Below, one piece after another: positions 48,460 to 59,873 of a stretch of DNA of 64,000 bases. The number at the start of each line of letters is the position of its first letter. Position 1 is the stretch's first letter. This DNA comes from Bryobacteraceae bacterium. GTDB taxonomy: Bacteria; Acidobacteriota; Terriglobia; Bryobacterales; Bryobacteraceae. The stretch spans positions 9,159 to 73,158 of the forward strand of contig DASRGE010000041.1 of assembly GCA_035651215.1 (NCBI GenBank), in the 5' to 3' direction. Under the pieces are notes generated by a model that saw only the letters and a list, made by a program, of their open reading frames with translations, had not been told where the DNA came from and ran no database searches. Both the position numbers and the translations under genes were made by a program.

Positions 48460-49422
48460 TTAAGATGTACCGATCACAATCCCGGCCAGAAAGACTAGCA
48501 CTCCTCCCAGTACAACCTGCAAAGCGGCGCGAAACAGCGGTGTCTCCATGTAATGCTGCCGGACCCAACTGATGATGCCTAATTCCAGGGCCACCACAAT
48601 AATCGCCACCGTTAGCGCCGCCCGAAAATCAGTGATGAGAAACGGCAGTGTGTGCCCGATGCCGCCCGCCGCGGTCATAATGCCTGTCACGATGCCGCGC
48701 ACCACGGGCCGGCCGCGCCCCGTGAGCGAACCGTCATCCGATAACGCTTCGGCAAACGCCATCGAAATGCCCGCGCCGAGCGAAGCGGCCAAGCCAACCT
48801 TAAACGCGTCCAGATTGGAGTTGTGAGTCGCGAAAGCCGAGGCAAACAGCGGAGCGAGCGTCGATACCGAGCCGTCCATCAAACCCGCCAGTCCCGGCTG
48901 CACAAACTGAAGCACAAACATCCGCCGGTATGCTTCCTGTTCCGAGCGCTTGACCTCGGGCGGCAGATGCTCTTTCTCGATAATTTCCGCCGAAGCGGTG
49001 TGTTTCGCCTCCGCATCGGCCAGATCGCCTAACAGCTTCCGCGTCGAAGCATCGGTCGTCTTTTGCAACGCGAGGGTATAGAAGCGGCCGGTCTCGTTCT
49101 CCATCGACTCGATGGATTTGCGGACCGCGCCCGGGCCAATCTTCTCGATGAGCCAAACCGGAGGGCGCGAGACAAAGCCTTTGACGTCCTGGCGCCGGAT
49201 GAGCGGAATGTGCTCGCCGAAACGCGATCGATAAAGATCGATGAGGCTCGAGCGATGCTCGGATTCTTCCGCCTGCATTTCTTCGAGGAGCCGCGCGGTG
49301 GCGGGAAAATCCTGGCGGAGACGCTCGGCGAACTCGCCATAGATCCGGCCATCTTCTTCTTCGAGAGAGATGGCGAGCGCTAGAATCTCGCGGTCGGATA
49401 GATCTTTGAAATTTTTGGCCAT
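48460..49422 (-). CDS. ferritin-like domain fused to a VIT1/CCC1 iron transporter
   Basis: The N-terminal rubrerythrin/ferritin-like helices carry an ExxH pair ([18 protein letters not shown]). A C-terminal VIT-type membrane domain follows. Confidence 0.8.
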   Translation of the reverse strand: MAKNFKDLSDREILALAISLEEEDGRIYGEFAERLRQDFPATARLLEEMQAEESEHRSSLIDLYRSRFGEHIPLIRRQDVKGFVSRPPVWLIEKIGPGAVRKSIESMENETGRFYTLALQKTTDASTRKLLGDLADAEAKHTASAEIIEKEHLPPEVKRSEQEAYRRMFVLQFVQPGLAGLMDGSVSTLAPLFASAFATHNSNLDAFKVGLAASLGAGISMAFAEALSDDGSLTGRGRPVVRGIVTGIMTAAGGIGHTLPFLITDFRAALTVAIIVVALELGIISWVRQHYMETPLFRAALQVVLGGVLVFLAGIVIGTS

Positions 49423-49513
49423 ATCGGAATACCCGGATGACGGACAATGGAGGAAAACCTCCCAGCATGGGAACGCACTGGGCCTACTCTTGCGCCGCGG
49501 TGCTCAGGAAACA

Positions 49514-52273
49514 ATGTTAGAGCGTATCTCGGTGCATGGCGCGCGCCAGCACAACCTGAAAAATATCAGTGTAGACATTCCGCGGAACACTTTCACGGTG
49601 ATTACGGGTTTGAGCGGCTCCGGGAAAAGCTCGCTCGCCTTTGACACCATCTACGCCGAGGGACAACGGCGGTATGTAGAAACGCTGTCCCCGTACGCGC
49701 GCCAGTTCCTGGATCAGATGGAACGGCCGGATGTGGATTCCATCGACGGCCTCAGTCCGGCGATTTCGATCGAGCAGAAAACCACTTCCCGCAGCCCTCG
49801 GTCGACCGTCGGGACCGTCACCGAGATTTACGACTACCTGCGTCTTTTGTTTGCGTCGGTCGGCATCCCGCACTGCCCGATCTGCGGAGCCGAGATCGCG
49901 CGGCAATCCCAATCGCAAATTCTCGAACAGGTCTTTTCGCAGCATCAGAACGAGCGGATCATGATCCTGGCGCCGGTCGCGCGCGGCCGCAAGGGCGAGT
50001 ACAAGAAAGAACTCGAAGCCATTTCGAAAGCCGGCTTTCGCGCTCGCATCGATGGCGAGTTGAAGACGCTCGACGAGCCCATGAAGCTCGATAAGCGGAA
50101 GAATCACACGATTGAGGTGGTCATTGACCGGCTCGTAGTAAAGCCTGGCATCGAGCAGCGGCTCGAAAATTCCATCCAGACGGCGCTCAAATGGGCGGAC
50201 GGTCTGGTGATCGTGGCGGTGATCGACGGGCCCGAGCGGCTGTATTCGGAAAAACTCGCGTGCCCGAATGATGGGACGAGCATTCCGCAGCTTGAGCCGC
50301 GTTCGTTTTCCTTCAACAGCCCTTATGGGGCGTGCGAGACGTGCAACGGTGTCGGCAGCACCTGGGCGTTTGATCCGGTGAAGGTGGTCTGCGATCCTTC
50401 GAAGCCGCTGTTTGATGGCGGCTTGGGGCCTGGGTCGAGTTCCTCTTATATGCTTTCGGCGTTGAACGAGGTCGCGGAATCGCACGGCATCGATCTCTCG
50501 GTCCCGTTTGAAGATTTGCCGAAGCGCACGCGCAATCTGCTCATCTACGGCAACAGTCATTTCCCGGGCATATTGAAGCTGCTGGACGAGAGCTACGAAC
50601 GGGCAAGCGAAGGATATCGCGAGTGGCTGATGGACTACATGTCCCCGACCACCTGTCCGGATTGCAAGGGACGCCGCTTAAAGCCGTCCAGTCTCGCCGT
50701 ACAGGTGAAGGGAATCTCGATCGCGGATTTCACCGGGATGCCGGTTGCCCGCGCGCTGCCGCTCGTCCGCGATTGGCAGTTCACCGAGCGCGACTTGAAG
50801 GTAGTCGGGCGCGTTATCGAAGAGATTCAGAACCGGCTGGAATTCTTGTGCGCGGTAGGTCTGGATTATCTGAGTCTCGAACGGTCGTCGGCCACGCTCT
50901 CGGGCGGCGAAGCGCAGCGAATTCGCCTCGCGACGCAAATTGGATCGAAGCTGCGTGGGGTCCTGTACGTCCTCGACGAACCTTCTATTGGACTGCACCC
51001 GCGCGATAACGGACGCCTGCTCGACACGCTGCACCGGCTGCGGGATTTAGGAAACACGGTGCTCGTCGTGGAGCACGATTCCGAAACAATCGAACGCGCC
51101 GATTACGTGATTGACTTGGGTCCGCGCGCCGGACGCTTGGGTGGGGGCTTGATGGCGCAGGGAACTCCCGCGCAGATCATGCAGACGCCGCAATCGCTCA
51201 CCGGGGAATATCTATCGGGCCAGCTTGCGATCCGGCCGCCCGCGGTTCGCCGGTCCGGAAACGGGTTGAAGATCACGGTGAAAGGCGCGCGTGAGCACAA
51301 TTTGAAAAACATTGATGTCGATTTTCCGCTCGGAACGCTGATGGTGGTGACCGGTGTTTCGGGCAGCGGAAAATCGACGCTGGTGCATGACATTTTGTAC
51401 CGGGCGCTCGCGAAAGAGGTATATGGATCGAGCCAGGCGCCCGGCGCGCACGACGCGATTCTCGGTCTTGAAAATATCGACAAAGTGATCGAGATCGATC
51501 AGTCGCCGATTGGCCGCACGCCCCGCTCGAATCCGGCGACATACACCGGCGTTTTTTCCGCCATCCGCGAAATCTACGCGATGCTGCCGGAATCGCGCGA
51601 GCGCGGATACAAGGCCGGGCGCTTCAGCTTCAACGTGAAGGGCGGGCGCTGCGAAGCGTGCCAGGGCGATGGCCTGAAGCGCATCGAGATGAACTTTCTT
51701 CCCGATGTGTATGTCACGTGCGACGTCTGCCGCGGCCGCCGCTACAATCTGGAGACCTTACAAGTGAAATACAAGGGCAAGAGCATCGCCGATGTTTTGG
51801 AATCGACGGTCGACGAAGCGGTGGAGATTCTGGCGAACATCCCGCAAGTTCAGGCGAAATTGAAGACGCTGGCGGATGTGGGATTGGGCTACATTCATTT
51901 GGGCCAATCCTCAACGACGCTTTCGGGCGGCGAGGCGCAACGGATCAAACTCGCCAAGGAGCTCAGCAAACGCCAAACCGGACGGACGTTTTATCTGCTC
52001 GATGAACCCACAACCGGATTGCATTTTGAAGATGTCCGTCACCTGCTCGATGTGCTGCAACGGTTGGTGGATCTGGGCAACACCGTTCTGGTGATTGAAC
52101 ACAATCTGGACGTCATCAAGAGCGCAGACTACCTGATCGATCTAGGTCCGGAAGGCGGCGAAAACGGCGGCCAGGTGATCGCGACCGGCACACCAGAAGA
52201 AGTGCTCCAAAACGGGTTCAGCCATACCGCGGAGGCACTCCGGAAGATAATGAAGGCGTCCAATGCAGCCTGA
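49514..52273 (+). CDS. uvrA: excinuclease ABC subunit UvrA
   Basis: In-frame ATG 49514 gives [23 protein letters not shown]. It has two ABC modules ([18 protein letters not shown]) and zinc-finger Cys clusters. Confidence 0.95.
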   Translation: MLERISVHGARQHNLKNISVDIPRNTFTVITGLSGSGKSSLAFDTIYAEGQRRYVETLSPYARQFLDQMERPDVDSIDGLSPAISIEQKTTSRSPRSTVGTVTEIYDYLRLLFASVGIPHCPICGAEIARQSQSQILEQVFSQHQNERIMILAPVARGRKGEYKKELEAISKAGFRARIDGELKTLDEPMKLDKRKNHTIEVVIDRLVVKPGIEQRLENSIQTALKWADGLVIVAVIDGPERLYSEKLACPNDGTSIPQLEPRSFSFNSPYGACETCNGVGSTWAFDPVKVVCDPSKPLFDGGLGPGSSSSYMLSALNEVAESHGIDLSVPFEDLPKRTRNLLIYGNSHFPGILKLLDESYERASEGYREWLMDYMSPTTCPDCKGRRLKPSSLAVQVKGISIADFTGMPVARALPLVRDWQFTERDLKVVGRVIEEIQNRLEFLCAVGLDYLSLERSSATLSGGEAQRIRLATQIGSKLRGVLYVLDEPSIGLHPRDNGRLLDTLHRLRDLGNTVLVVEHDSETIERADYVIDLGPRAGRLGGGLMAQGTPAQIMQTPQSLTGEYLSGQLAIRPPAVRRSGNGLKITVKGAREHNLKNIDVDFPLGTLMVVTGVSGSGKSTLVHDILYRALAKEVYGSSQAPGAHDAILGLENIDKVIEIDQSPIGRTPRSNPATYTGVFSAIREIYAMLPESRERGYKAGRFSFNVKGGRCEACQGDGLKRIEMNFLPDVYVTCDVCRGRRYNLETLQVKYKGKSIADVLESTVDEAVEILANIPQVQAKLKTLADVGLGYIHLGQSSTTLSGGEAQRIKLAKELSKRQTGRTFYLLDEPTTGLHFEDVRHLLDVLQRLVDLGNTVLVIEHNLDVIKSADYLIDLGPEGGENGGQVIATGTPEEVLQNGFSHTAEALRKIMKASNAA

Positions 52274-53027
52274 GCCGCAAGACACCTCACCCGCCGAAAT
52301 CTCCCCTCCCCCGGTGCCGCTGCGTCCTCAACGGGAGCCATTCTGGGGCTATGACGATCTGGCGATGGTGGTCGGTTTGATTGTCGCCGGGCTCGTACTG
52401 ATCGGCTTGGCCGTTGCCCTCATCGCCAGTTTCGTTCCGAGTCTTCGCGCCGATCCCACTCCGCTTTTGCTGCCTGGGAACCTGGTGATCTATCTGCTCG
52501 TTTATGTTGCATTCTGGCTGGTGATTGGGTTGCGCTACGGACGCCCGGTATTTTCTTCGCTTGGCTGGCGGCGTACCAATGTCAACCTCGCGATTGCGGG
52601 AGCTGGCGGCGTGGGCCTCGCTTTTGCGCTGTCGGCATTTGCTTCTCTGGTGAAGACGCCGAAAATTCCGCTTCCGTTTGAGGAGATGACGAAATCAGCA
52701 TGGTCGTTCGCCTTGTTTGCCATCATGGCGGCCGTCATCGCGCCTATCTTTGAGGAATTGTTTTTTCGCGGATTTATTCAGCCGCTGCTCATACGAACGT
52801 TTGGCGTAGTGGCCGGGATTCTGGTGACCGCCGGGTTATTCGGCGCTTTGCACGCGCCGGAGTATGCGGATGCCTGGCAGTACGCGTTAACTGTCGCTCT
52901 GGCGGGCGCGGCGTTCGGCTGGGTGCGCGAACGGACCAAATCCATTATTCCCGGCACGGTGATGCACGGGTGCTTCAACGCAGTTTCGGTAATTGCTCTC
53001 GTATTGTCCAAACACACGAAAGGTTAA
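52263..53027 (+). CDS. CPBP family intramembrane glutamic endopeptidase
   Basis: EELFFRG motif and a second FGALH / HGCFN motif set in a multi-TM protein. It overlaps the uvrA stop. Confidence 0.8.
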   Translation: MQPEPQDTSPAEISPPPVPLRPQREPFWGYDDLAMVVGLIVAGLVLIGLAVALIASFVPSLRADPTPLLLPGNLVIYLLVYVAFWLVIGLRYGRPVFSSLGWRRTNVNLAIAGAGGVGLAFALSAFASLVKTPKIPLPFEEMTKSAWSFALFAIMAAVIAPIFEELFFRGFIQPLLIRTFGVVAGILVTAGLFGALHAPEYADAWQYALTVALAGAAFGWVRERTKSIIPGTVMHGCFNAVSVIALVLSKHTKG

Positions 53028-54074
53028 ATGACTTCTGCTGTTCTGACCCAAAATACTGTCGAAACGATTGAATGGACGCCGGAAGGTGTCGTGATGATCG
53101 ACCAGACCCGGCTGCCTCGCGAAACGGTTTTCGTCACTTGCCGCACGTATCGGGAAGTGGCCGATGCGATCCGGAACATGATTATTCGCGGGGCTCCGGC
53201 CATCGGTGTGGCGGCGGCCATGGGCGTCGCACTGGGTGCTTTGCAGTCGCAGGACCTCGAACGCGACATGCCCGTCATTTGCGAAACGCTCGCGAAGACC
53301 CGGCCCACCGCGGTCAATCTGTTCTGGGCCATCGATCGCATGAAGCGGCTGTATGCTGAAATCCGGCATCTTGGAATTTCAGAGATCCGCGAGCGACTGG
53401 TTGCGGAAGCGCAGCAGATACGCGCGGAGGATATCGCGATCAATGAAGCCATCGGGCGTAACGGTGCTCCGCTCGTGCCGGACGGAAAAACGGTCCTGAC
53501 GCACTGCAACGCGGGAGCGTTGGCGACGGCCGGTTTCGGCACGGCTCTGGGTGTCATTCGTGCTGCTGTGCAGATTGGCAAGAAAATCGACGTGTTTGCG
53601 GATGAAACGCGGCCATTTTTGCAAGGCGCGCGCCTGACCGCCTGGGAGTTGCAGCGCGACGGCATCCAAACGACCCTCATCACCGACAACATGGCGGGAC
53701 ATTTTCTGAAGAGCGGCCGGATCGGATGCGTCGTTGTCGGTGCGGATCGCATCGCCGCGAACGGAGATGTTGCAAATAAAGTCGGAACTTATACGGTCGC
53801 GGTTCTGGCGAAAGAAAATAATGTTCCGTTTTATGTAGCGGCTCCGGTCTCCACGCTCGATCTGACGCTGGAATCCGGCGACCAGATCCCGATTGAAGAG
53901 CGTGCGGCCAAAGAGGTGACGCATGTACAAGGCGTGCAGGTGGCGCCGGAGGGAATTGCCGTGGCGAACCCGGCCTTCGATGTAACACCGAATCGTTATG
54001 TTTCGGCGATCATTACAGAGCGCGGTGTAGCGCGTGCGCCGTACACCGAAACTCTACGAGCACTGTTATCCTGA
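53028..54074 (+). CDS. mtnA: S-methyl-5-thioribose-1-phosphate isomerase
   Basis: eIF-2B/MtnA family segments are present: [26 protein letters not shown] and [12 protein letters not shown]. Confidence 0.9.
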   Translation: MTSAVLTQNTVETIEWTPEGVVMIDQTRLPRETVFVTCRTYREVADAIRNMIIRGAPAIGVAAAMGVALGALQSQDLERDMPVICETLAKTRPTAVNLFWAIDRMKRLYAEIRHLGISEIRERLVAEAQQIRAEDIAINEAIGRNGAPLVPDGKTVLTHCNAGALATAGFGTALGVIRAAVQIGKKIDVFADETRPFLQGARLTAWELQRDGIQTTLITDNMAGHFLKSGRIGCVVVGADRIAANGDVANKVGTYTVAVLAKENNVPFYVAAPVSTLDLTLESGDQIPIEERAAKEVTHVQGVQVAPEGIAVANPAFDVTPNRYVSAIITERGVARAPYTETLRALLS

Positions 54075-54079
54075 GAACG

Positions 54080-55756
54080 TTGTTTCCCAAAGTTGCTGCC
54101 GGATTTGTTGCCTTTGTCTCCATTGGACTGGGCGTGCTCAGTGCGGCGAGTCCGGCTGGGCTCATCGACATCCTGACCGGTGAGCTGAATCGCGAATTTA
54201 CGGCGCTCAAAGCAAAGGCCGATCCGGCCCCGTATTACATGGCCTATGAGGCGACGGACGAGGAGAGCGATTCGGAATCTGCTTCTTTAGGCGCACTGGT
54301 AAACAACGTTCACAGCCATGTGCGGGGCGTGGACACGACCATTCGCGTCGGGTCTCCGCAGTTTGACAACTATCATCCGTACCGCGGCTCCGCCGGACGA
54401 TTTACTAACTTTGTCTCGCTCAGTTTAGACGACAACCCGAACCAGATTCGCCGGGCGCTGTGGGCGGAATCCGACCGCGTTTACAAGCTGGCTTCGCGCC
54501 GTCTGTTGCAACTGAAAACGGATCAGCAGCTTCTGGCCGATCAGGCCGACCGCGACGCGGACTTCTCTCCGGAACCGGCCGCGACGTACAACCGGCTGCC
54601 GGAAACGTACCGCTATGACACCGCGGCTTGGGCAGATAAACTGCGAGCCTGGTCGGCGGAATTCAAAAAGCACCGGGGCATTCTCGGATCGGGCGTGAGT
54701 TTTCGCGCCGAGCGGGATGTCAGCACGTTTGTTAACACGGAGGGTTCCGCGATCCAGCAAGGCCGAAACCTGTTTCGGATCGAAATTGAGGGCATTGCTC
54801 TTGCGCAGGACGGGATGGATTTGCGGGACTCGGCCACGATCGAGACTGGGAATCCTTCCCAGCTTCCGCCGGACGCAGCCATTCAAGAAAAGGTGCGGGA
54901 TGTCGCGACCAAGCTCGATCAATTAGCGAGCGCGCCGCCCGCCGAACCGATGCTGGGTCCGGCCATTCTTTCCGGGCGCGCGGCTGCCGTTTTCTTTCAC
55001 GAGATTTTCGGGCATCGGATCGAAGGCCACCGCCAGAAAGACGTTTCGCAGGACCAGACATTCACGAAGATGATTGGCGAGAAGGTCCTGCCGGATTTCA
55101 TCAGCGTGGAGTTTGACCCCACCCGGCGCACTTACAACGGAACCGACCTGATCGGCTACTACGAATACGATGACGAGGGCGTGAAAGCACAACCGGTGAA
55201 GGTGGTTGAGAACGGCGTGTTAAAGACATTCTTGCTTTCGCGCTCGCCCGTGGAGCAGTTTCTGCATTCTAACGGCCACGGCCGGCGGCAGCCCGGCTAT
55301 GAAGTGGTGTCGCGTCAATCGAACCTGATCGTGGAATCGAGCAAGCAAGTTTCGGACAAAGAGCTTCGCGCAGAACTCATCGCGGAGATCAAGCGGCAGG
55401 GCAAACCGTACGGGCTGTATTTCGAAGACGTCGTGAGCGGATACACAACGACCGGTCGTCAGGGAACCCAGGCCTTTAAAGTGGTTCCTCTGGTGGTCTA
55501 CCGCGTGTATCCCGACGGCCGCCCGGACGAACTGATTCGCGGGGTCGACATTGTTGGGACGCCGCTTGCGAGCTTCAAGAATATTCTCGCCACATCAGAT
55601 CAAGCTCAGATTTTTAACGGCTATTGCGGCGCGGAATCGGGCAGCATCCCGGTTTCGGCGGTGTCGCCGGCAATTCTCGTCTCGCAAATCGAGACGCAAA
55701 AGAAGCAGAATTCGCAGCGCAGGCCACCCATTTTGCCGCGTCCGGAGGGCGAATGA
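54080..55756 (+). CDS. TldD-type metallopeptidase, secreted
   Basis: TTG start and a signal-like N-terminus. The HExxxH motif appears in FFHEIFGHRIEGH. The C-terminal segment is of TldD/PmbA type. Confidence 0.8.
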   Translation: MFPKVAAGFVAFVSIGLGVLSAASPAGLIDILTGELNREFTALKAKADPAPYYMAYEATDEESDSESASLGALVNNVHSHVRGVDTTIRVGSPQFDNYHPYRGSAGRFTNFVSLSLDDNPNQIRRALWAESDRVYKLASRRLLQLKTDQQLLADQADRDADFSPEPAATYNRLPETYRYDTAAWADKLRAWSAEFKKHRGILGSGVSFRAERDVSTFVNTEGSAIQQGRNLFRIEIEGIALAQDGMDLRDSATIETGNPSQLPPDAAIQEKVRDVATKLDQLASAPPAEPMLGPAILSGRAAAVFFHEIFGHRIEGHRQKDVSQDQTFTKMIGEKVLPDFISVEFDPTRRTYNGTDLIGYYEYDDEGVKAQPVKVVENGVLKTFLLSRSPVEQFLHSNGHGRRQPGYEVVSRQSNLIVESSKQVSDKELRAELIAEIKRQGKPYGLYFEDVVSGYTTTGRQGTQAFKVVPLVVYRVYPDGRPDELIRGVDIVGTPLASFKNILATSDQAQIFNGYCGAESGSIPVSAVSPAILVSQIETQKKQNSQRRPPILPRPEGE

Positions 55757-57501
55757 GAGGCCGCTTCTTCGCGATCGCGGTTCTGGTGGCCGTTCCCGTC
55801 CTCGCGAGTGACATCCAAAACGACACGCAACTCCGCGCCATGGTGGATGAACTCGCACGCGCGAAAACGATACAGTTGAGCACTCTGGAGAAGCCGTACT
55901 TCATTCAATACACATCGAGCGATTCGGAGCAGGCGTTTCTTCGCGCGAGTCTGGGCGGGCTGCTTTCTTCCAGCCGGGCCCACTTGCGCCAGCCGAGGCT
56001 GGAAATCCGGGTCGGCGACTACAAATTCGATAACACGAATTCGATCTTCAGCGGAACCCCCTCACTGGGATTGCTTCCGATCGATGACGATTACCAGGCG
56101 ATCCGAACCGAGTTGTGGCTCTCGACGGATGGGCTCTATAAGGCCGCCCTCGACCAGATTACGCGCAAGCGCAACGCGCTACGCGATGTGATGGAGCCGG
56201 AGAACACTCCCGATCTGGCCCCCGCCAAACCGGTTCAGGTGATTGCGCCACCCGCCCAATTGGGCTTCAATCAGAAGCGATGGGAAACGATTATTCGGGA
56301 CCTCTCCGCGCACTTTTGTGCGCATCCCGATATCGCGACATCCTCAGTGCAGGTGCGAGCCGTTTCTTCGACCTACCGGCTTGCCAATAGCGAAGGCACG
56401 GTGGTGCGCATCCCGCAAGAGTTCACAGAACTCGAAATCCGCACGCTGGCGATTGCGCCCGATGGCAAGCACGTTTGGAATCACCAGTTCGTTACAGTTC
56501 CCGATCCTTCGGAATTGCCAAGCGAGCAGCAGTTGACGAAAATCGTCGACGGCGTCGCGAGCGAAACCGATGCCTTGAGCAAAGCGCCGGCAGCCGAGGA
56601 TTACACCGGGCCGGTGCTTTTTGAGGGCGAAGCTGCGGCGCAACTGATGGCCCAGGTTCTGACCGATGCGGCCCGGTTGGAGCGGAAACCTGTGGCACCG
56701 CAGGGCGCGAGCAATCCGGCGCTCGGGATGCTCGAAAGCGTTTGGATCACGCGCATGGGCTCGAAAGTGGCGCCCGAGTGGATGACCATCGTCGACGATC
56801 CCCGCCAACAGAAGTTTCATGGAACAGTGCTCGCCGGCGCGTATCAAGTCGATGATCAGGGCGTTCCGGCCCAGCGAGTCACGATTGTCGATAAAGGAAC
56901 CTTGAAAGGCTTTCTGTTGAGCCGCGAGCCGGTGGGTCAATTTAACGGTTCGAACGGGCACGGGCGGCTGCCGGGCGGGTTTGGCGCGGAAGCGGCTGTG
57001 CCGGGAAACGTTTTTGTGCAAGCAGACCAGCCGTTCTCCGAAGCGAAAATGAAGGCGCGGCTGATCGATAAAATCAAGCTGGCGGGATTGAAGTACGGCC
57101 TGATCGTCCGGCGGCTGGATTTTCCTTCGACGGCCAACTTCGAAGAACTCCAGAGTATGGCGCGGCAACTGGAGAAGAGCGGGTATTCGCGAACGCTGAA
57201 CAGCCCGATTCTGGCCTACCGCGTTTATCCGGACGGGCATGAGGAGCTGGTGCGCGGCGCGCGGTTTCGCGAGTTCAGCGCGCGCGATCTGCGCGATGTG
57301 GATGCGGCCTCCGACAAGCCGTACGTCTTGAACTACGTCACAAACGTGTCCAGTTTCAATCTGGCGGATTCTGGCGCAGACGTGACAACGTCTTCCGTCA
57401 TCTGTCCGTCTCTCCTGTTTGAGAGCCTGGATCTCGCGCGCGCCGAGGACGAACGGGCGAAACCGCCGATGGTTCCTCCTCCGCCGCTGGCGGGCCAGTA
57501 A
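55753..57501 (+). CDS. TldD/PmbA family protein lacking HExxxH (TldE/PmbA-like partner), secreted
   Basis: In-frame ATG 55753 shares an ATGA overlap with the upstream stop. Signal peptide MRGRFFAIAVLVAVPVLASD. It is a paralogue of the upstream gene with no HExxxH. Confidence 0.75.
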   Translation: MRGRFFAIAVLVAVPVLASDIQNDTQLRAMVDELARAKTIQLSTLEKPYFIQYTSSDSEQAFLRASLGGLLSSSRAHLRQPRLEIRVGDYKFDNTNSIFSGTPSLGLLPIDDDYQAIRTELWLSTDGLYKAALDQITRKRNALRDVMEPENTPDLAPAKPVQVIAPPAQLGFNQKRWETIIRDLSAHFCAHPDIATSSVQVRAVSSTYRLANSEGTVVRIPQEFTELEIRTLAIAPDGKHVWNHQFVTVPDPSELPSEQQLTKIVDGVASETDALSKAPAAEDYTGPVLFEGEAAAQLMAQVLTDAARLERKPVAPQGASNPALGMLESVWITRMGSKVAPEWMTIVDDPRQQKFHGTVLAGAYQVDDQGVPAQRVTIVDKGTLKGFLLSREPVGQFNGSNGHGRLPGGFGAEAAVPGNVFVQADQPFSEAKMKARLIDKIKLAGLKYGLIVRRLDFPSTANFEELQSMARQLEKSGYSRTLNSPILAYRVYPDGHEELVRGARFREFSARDLRDVDAASDKPYVLNYVTNVSSFNLADSGADVTTSSVICPSLLFESLDLARAEDERAKPPMVPPPPLAGQ

Positions 57502-57511
57502 TCGGGTTCCG

Positions 57512-59872
57512 ATGCGCATTCTAAGCAAGGCCATCCTCAAGGAAGTGCTTGCCAGCGCCAGCCTGGGCACGCTGCTGTTCGTGTTCGTCCTATTTCTCCG
57601 GACGATCGAGCGGCTCAGCGCGCTATTGGTAAAGACCTCCGCGCCCGCGCCCGTGGTGGCGAAACTGCTGCTCTATGCGCTTCCGTCCACGCTTCCCTTT
57701 GCGCTGCCCCTCGGGGTGCTCGTCGGCATTTTGATCGGCCTCAGCCGGATGTCGGCCGATAGCGAAATCACAGCGATTCGCGCAGCGGGAATTTCGAGTA
57801 TTTCTGTCGCCCGCCCGGTGCTTGCCTTTGCCTTCGGCGCATTGGTGCTGACCGCGCTAAGTTCGCTCTGGCTGACGCCGTTATCCCTGCATCTCGAATC
57901 GAAGCTGGCGCGTAACTTTGCCGCCGCTCAGTTGACGGGAGCCATTGAGTCGCGCATTTTCGACGAGCAGTTTCCGAACACCGTGCTGTACGTGGGCGAT
58001 GTGCAGACGGTCGGAAAACAGGTGATCTGGCGCAACGTGTTCCTGGCCGATGTAACGCCCCCCAACGAGTTGCAGCAGGAAGGCAAGGACCGGGGCGAAG
58101 GGCCGCGCATCATCGTGGCGCAAGAGGCGATTCCACACCCGGATGCAGCGAATAACCGCATCATTCTCGACATGCGGAATTTCCGGTCGAGTGAGCGCGA
58201 CAAGGACGGCAAGGTCATTACAACGTCCGCCGCGCGGCAGATTCAGACCATCCAGGCCCAGAGCACGGAGGATTTGCAGCTCAACAAGACCGTGCAGGAA
58301 ATGGATACCGGGCCGCTGTTCAAGCGCGTCTACCGCCAGCATAATCTGTCGCGCGAGGATTATGTGGACGCCGCCATTGAGCTGCATCAGCGGTTCGCGC
58401 TGCCGATGGCTTGCGTGCTGCTCGCGCTAGTGGGTATTCCGCTGGGCGTTTCGTCGCGTAAGGGCGGAAAATCCGCTGCGTTCGTCATCACGGTGCTGCT
58501 GGCGTTTCTGTACTATCTGGGATTCATCACACTGCTGGGGCTGGCGAAGAAGGGCAGTCTGCCGGTTCCGGTCGCGGTGTGGACGCCCGACGCCGTATTT
58601 CTTGTGGCCGGCATTTACATGCTGTCGCAATTGGAGCGGCCGGGCGATCGCGATCTGGTGGGCCAGTTGCGGGATTTCGGCGAGAAGCTAGCCAAACGAA
58701 TCAGAGCGCTGCTGCCGGCGCGCGGGCAAAGGGTGCGGATTGGCGGAATCCGGCGCTTCGGGATTCGCCCCATGCTCATCGACGCTTATGTATTAAACGG
58801 TTTTCTGTTCTACTTCGCGGTGCTGGTGCTGGCACTGGTTTCGCTGATTGAGGTCTTTACGTTTTTCGAATTGCTGGGCGACATGATTAAGAACGACATC
58901 AGCATGTCGACGATGGTGGACTACTTGTGGCACCTCGCGCCGAGCCTGATCTACCAGTTGACGCCCATCGGGACGCTGGTGGCCTCGCTTATCTGTTTTG
59001 GCATCCTGACGAAATACAACGAAGTGACGGCGTTCAAGGCAGGCGGCGTGAGCGTGCACCGGTTGGCTGCTCCTGTGCTGGTCGTCAGCTTCGGCATCAG
59101 CGCTCTGCTCTTCGCGTTTGATCATTACTACATTCCGGCAGCGAACCGCCGGCAGGAGATGCTGCGCGCCGAAATCAAGAAAAAGCCGCCGGCAACATAC
59201 TTGAGACAGGACCGGCAGTGGGTCTACGGCCAGGGCTCGCGTATCTATAATTTCCGGCTGCTCGACCGGCAACATGCCGCCATGACCAAGGTCAACGTGT
59301 ACGAGTTGGACCCGGTCACCTTTCGCGTGGTGCATCAGATTTCCGCCGACCGCGCGTATTGGGATAAGAACCGGAATACCTGGGTCTTTCAGAACGGTAT
59401 GAGCGAGGTGGTGCAGGACAAGGGCGGCAGCTATAAAGAAAACTACACAGAGTTCTACAACAGCTCGGCTTCATTTCCTGAATTGACGGAACGCCCGTCC
59501 TGGTTCGTGCAGGAAGAAAAAGAATACAAGGAGATGAACTTCGAGGAGCTCGGGCAGTATATTCGCGAACTGCAGGCGAGCGGCATCGAAACGACTCCTT
59601 TGCGCGTCCAGTATTACAAGAAGTTCGCAGTTCCGCTGTTCGCGCTCATCATGGCCATTCTGAGCATTCCGTTCGCGTTTATCGCGGGAAATCGGGGGGC
59701 GATGACGGGTGTGGGAATCAGCTTTGGGATCGCCATCGCGTACTGGACGATCAGCACGGTATTCGAGCAGGTGGGCGATTTGAATCAGTTGCCCGCCGTA
59801 ATGGCCGCGTGGTCTCCCGATATTCTTTTCTCGTTGTTCGGCTTGTATTTCATGGCGCGGATGAAGACGTAG
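57512..59872 (+). CDS. fused LptF-LptG (two YjgP/YjgQ permease modules in one ORF)
   Basis: In-frame ATG 57512 gives MRILSKAILKEV. The first module covers residues 1 to about 380. A basic linker of about 40 aa follows. The second module begins MLIDAYVLNGF at ATG 58772. There is no stop between the modules. Confidence 0.8.
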   Translation: MRILSKAILKEVLASASLGTLLFVFVLFLRTIERLSALLVKTSAPAPVVAKLLLYALPSTLPFALPLGVLVGILIGLSRMSADSEITAIRAAGISSISVARPVLAFAFGALVLTALSSLWLTPLSLHLESKLARNFAAAQLTGAIESRIFDEQFPNTVLYVGDVQTVGKQVIWRNVFLADVTPPNELQQEGKDRGEGPRIIVAQEAIPHPDAANNRIILDMRNFRSSERDKDGKVITTSAARQIQTIQAQSTEDLQLNKTVQEMDTGPLFKRVYRQHNLSREDYVDAAIELHQRFALPMACVLLALVGIPLGVSSRKGGKSAAFVITVLLAFLYYLGFITLLGLAKKGSLPVPVAVWTPDAVFLVAGIYMLSQLERPGDRDLVGQLRDFGEKLAKRIRALLPARGQRVRIGGIRRFGIRPMLIDAYVLNGFLFYFAVLVLALVSLIEVFTFFELLGDMIKNDISMSTMVDYLWHLAPSLIYQLTPIGTLVASLICFGILTKYNEVTAFKAGGVSVHRLAAPVLVVSFGISALLFAFDHYYIPAANRRQEMLRAEIKKKPPATYLRQDRQWVYGQGSRIYNFRLLDRQHAAMTKVNVYELDPVTFRVVHQISADRAYWDKNRNTWVFQNGMSEVVQDKGGSYKENYTEFYNSSASFPELTERPSWFVQEEKEYKEMNFEELGQYIRELQASGIETTPLRVQYYKKFAVPLFALIMAILSIPFAFIAGNRGAMTGVGISFGIAIAYWTISTVFEQVGDLNQLPAVMAAWSPDILFSLFGLYFMARMKT

Positions 59873-59873
59873 C

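Noticed and set aside
49449-49462. The GGAGG-aaaa-CCTCC hairpin, and a search for Fur or LexA boxes, in the divergent VIT/uvrA promoter region.
   Set aside because: The stem is only 5 bp. I found no match to Fur-box or CTGT-N8-ACAG-type LexA motifs, and the operator consensus for this lineage is not known to me.
56344-57570. Very long antisense ORFs. Examples are 408 aa at 56344-57570(-), 347 aa at 49517-50560(-), 321 aa at 16280-17245(+), 312 aa at 42176-43114(+), 251 aa at 6176-6931(-) and 240 aa at 4557-5279(-).
   Set aside because: Each lies fully opposite a gene with strong family motifs (TldD-like, uvrA, formamidase, DUF3108/mazG, argH, argG). Their translations are Arg/Pro/Gly-rich and low in complexity. 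These are the usual shadow ORFs of a G+C-rich genome.
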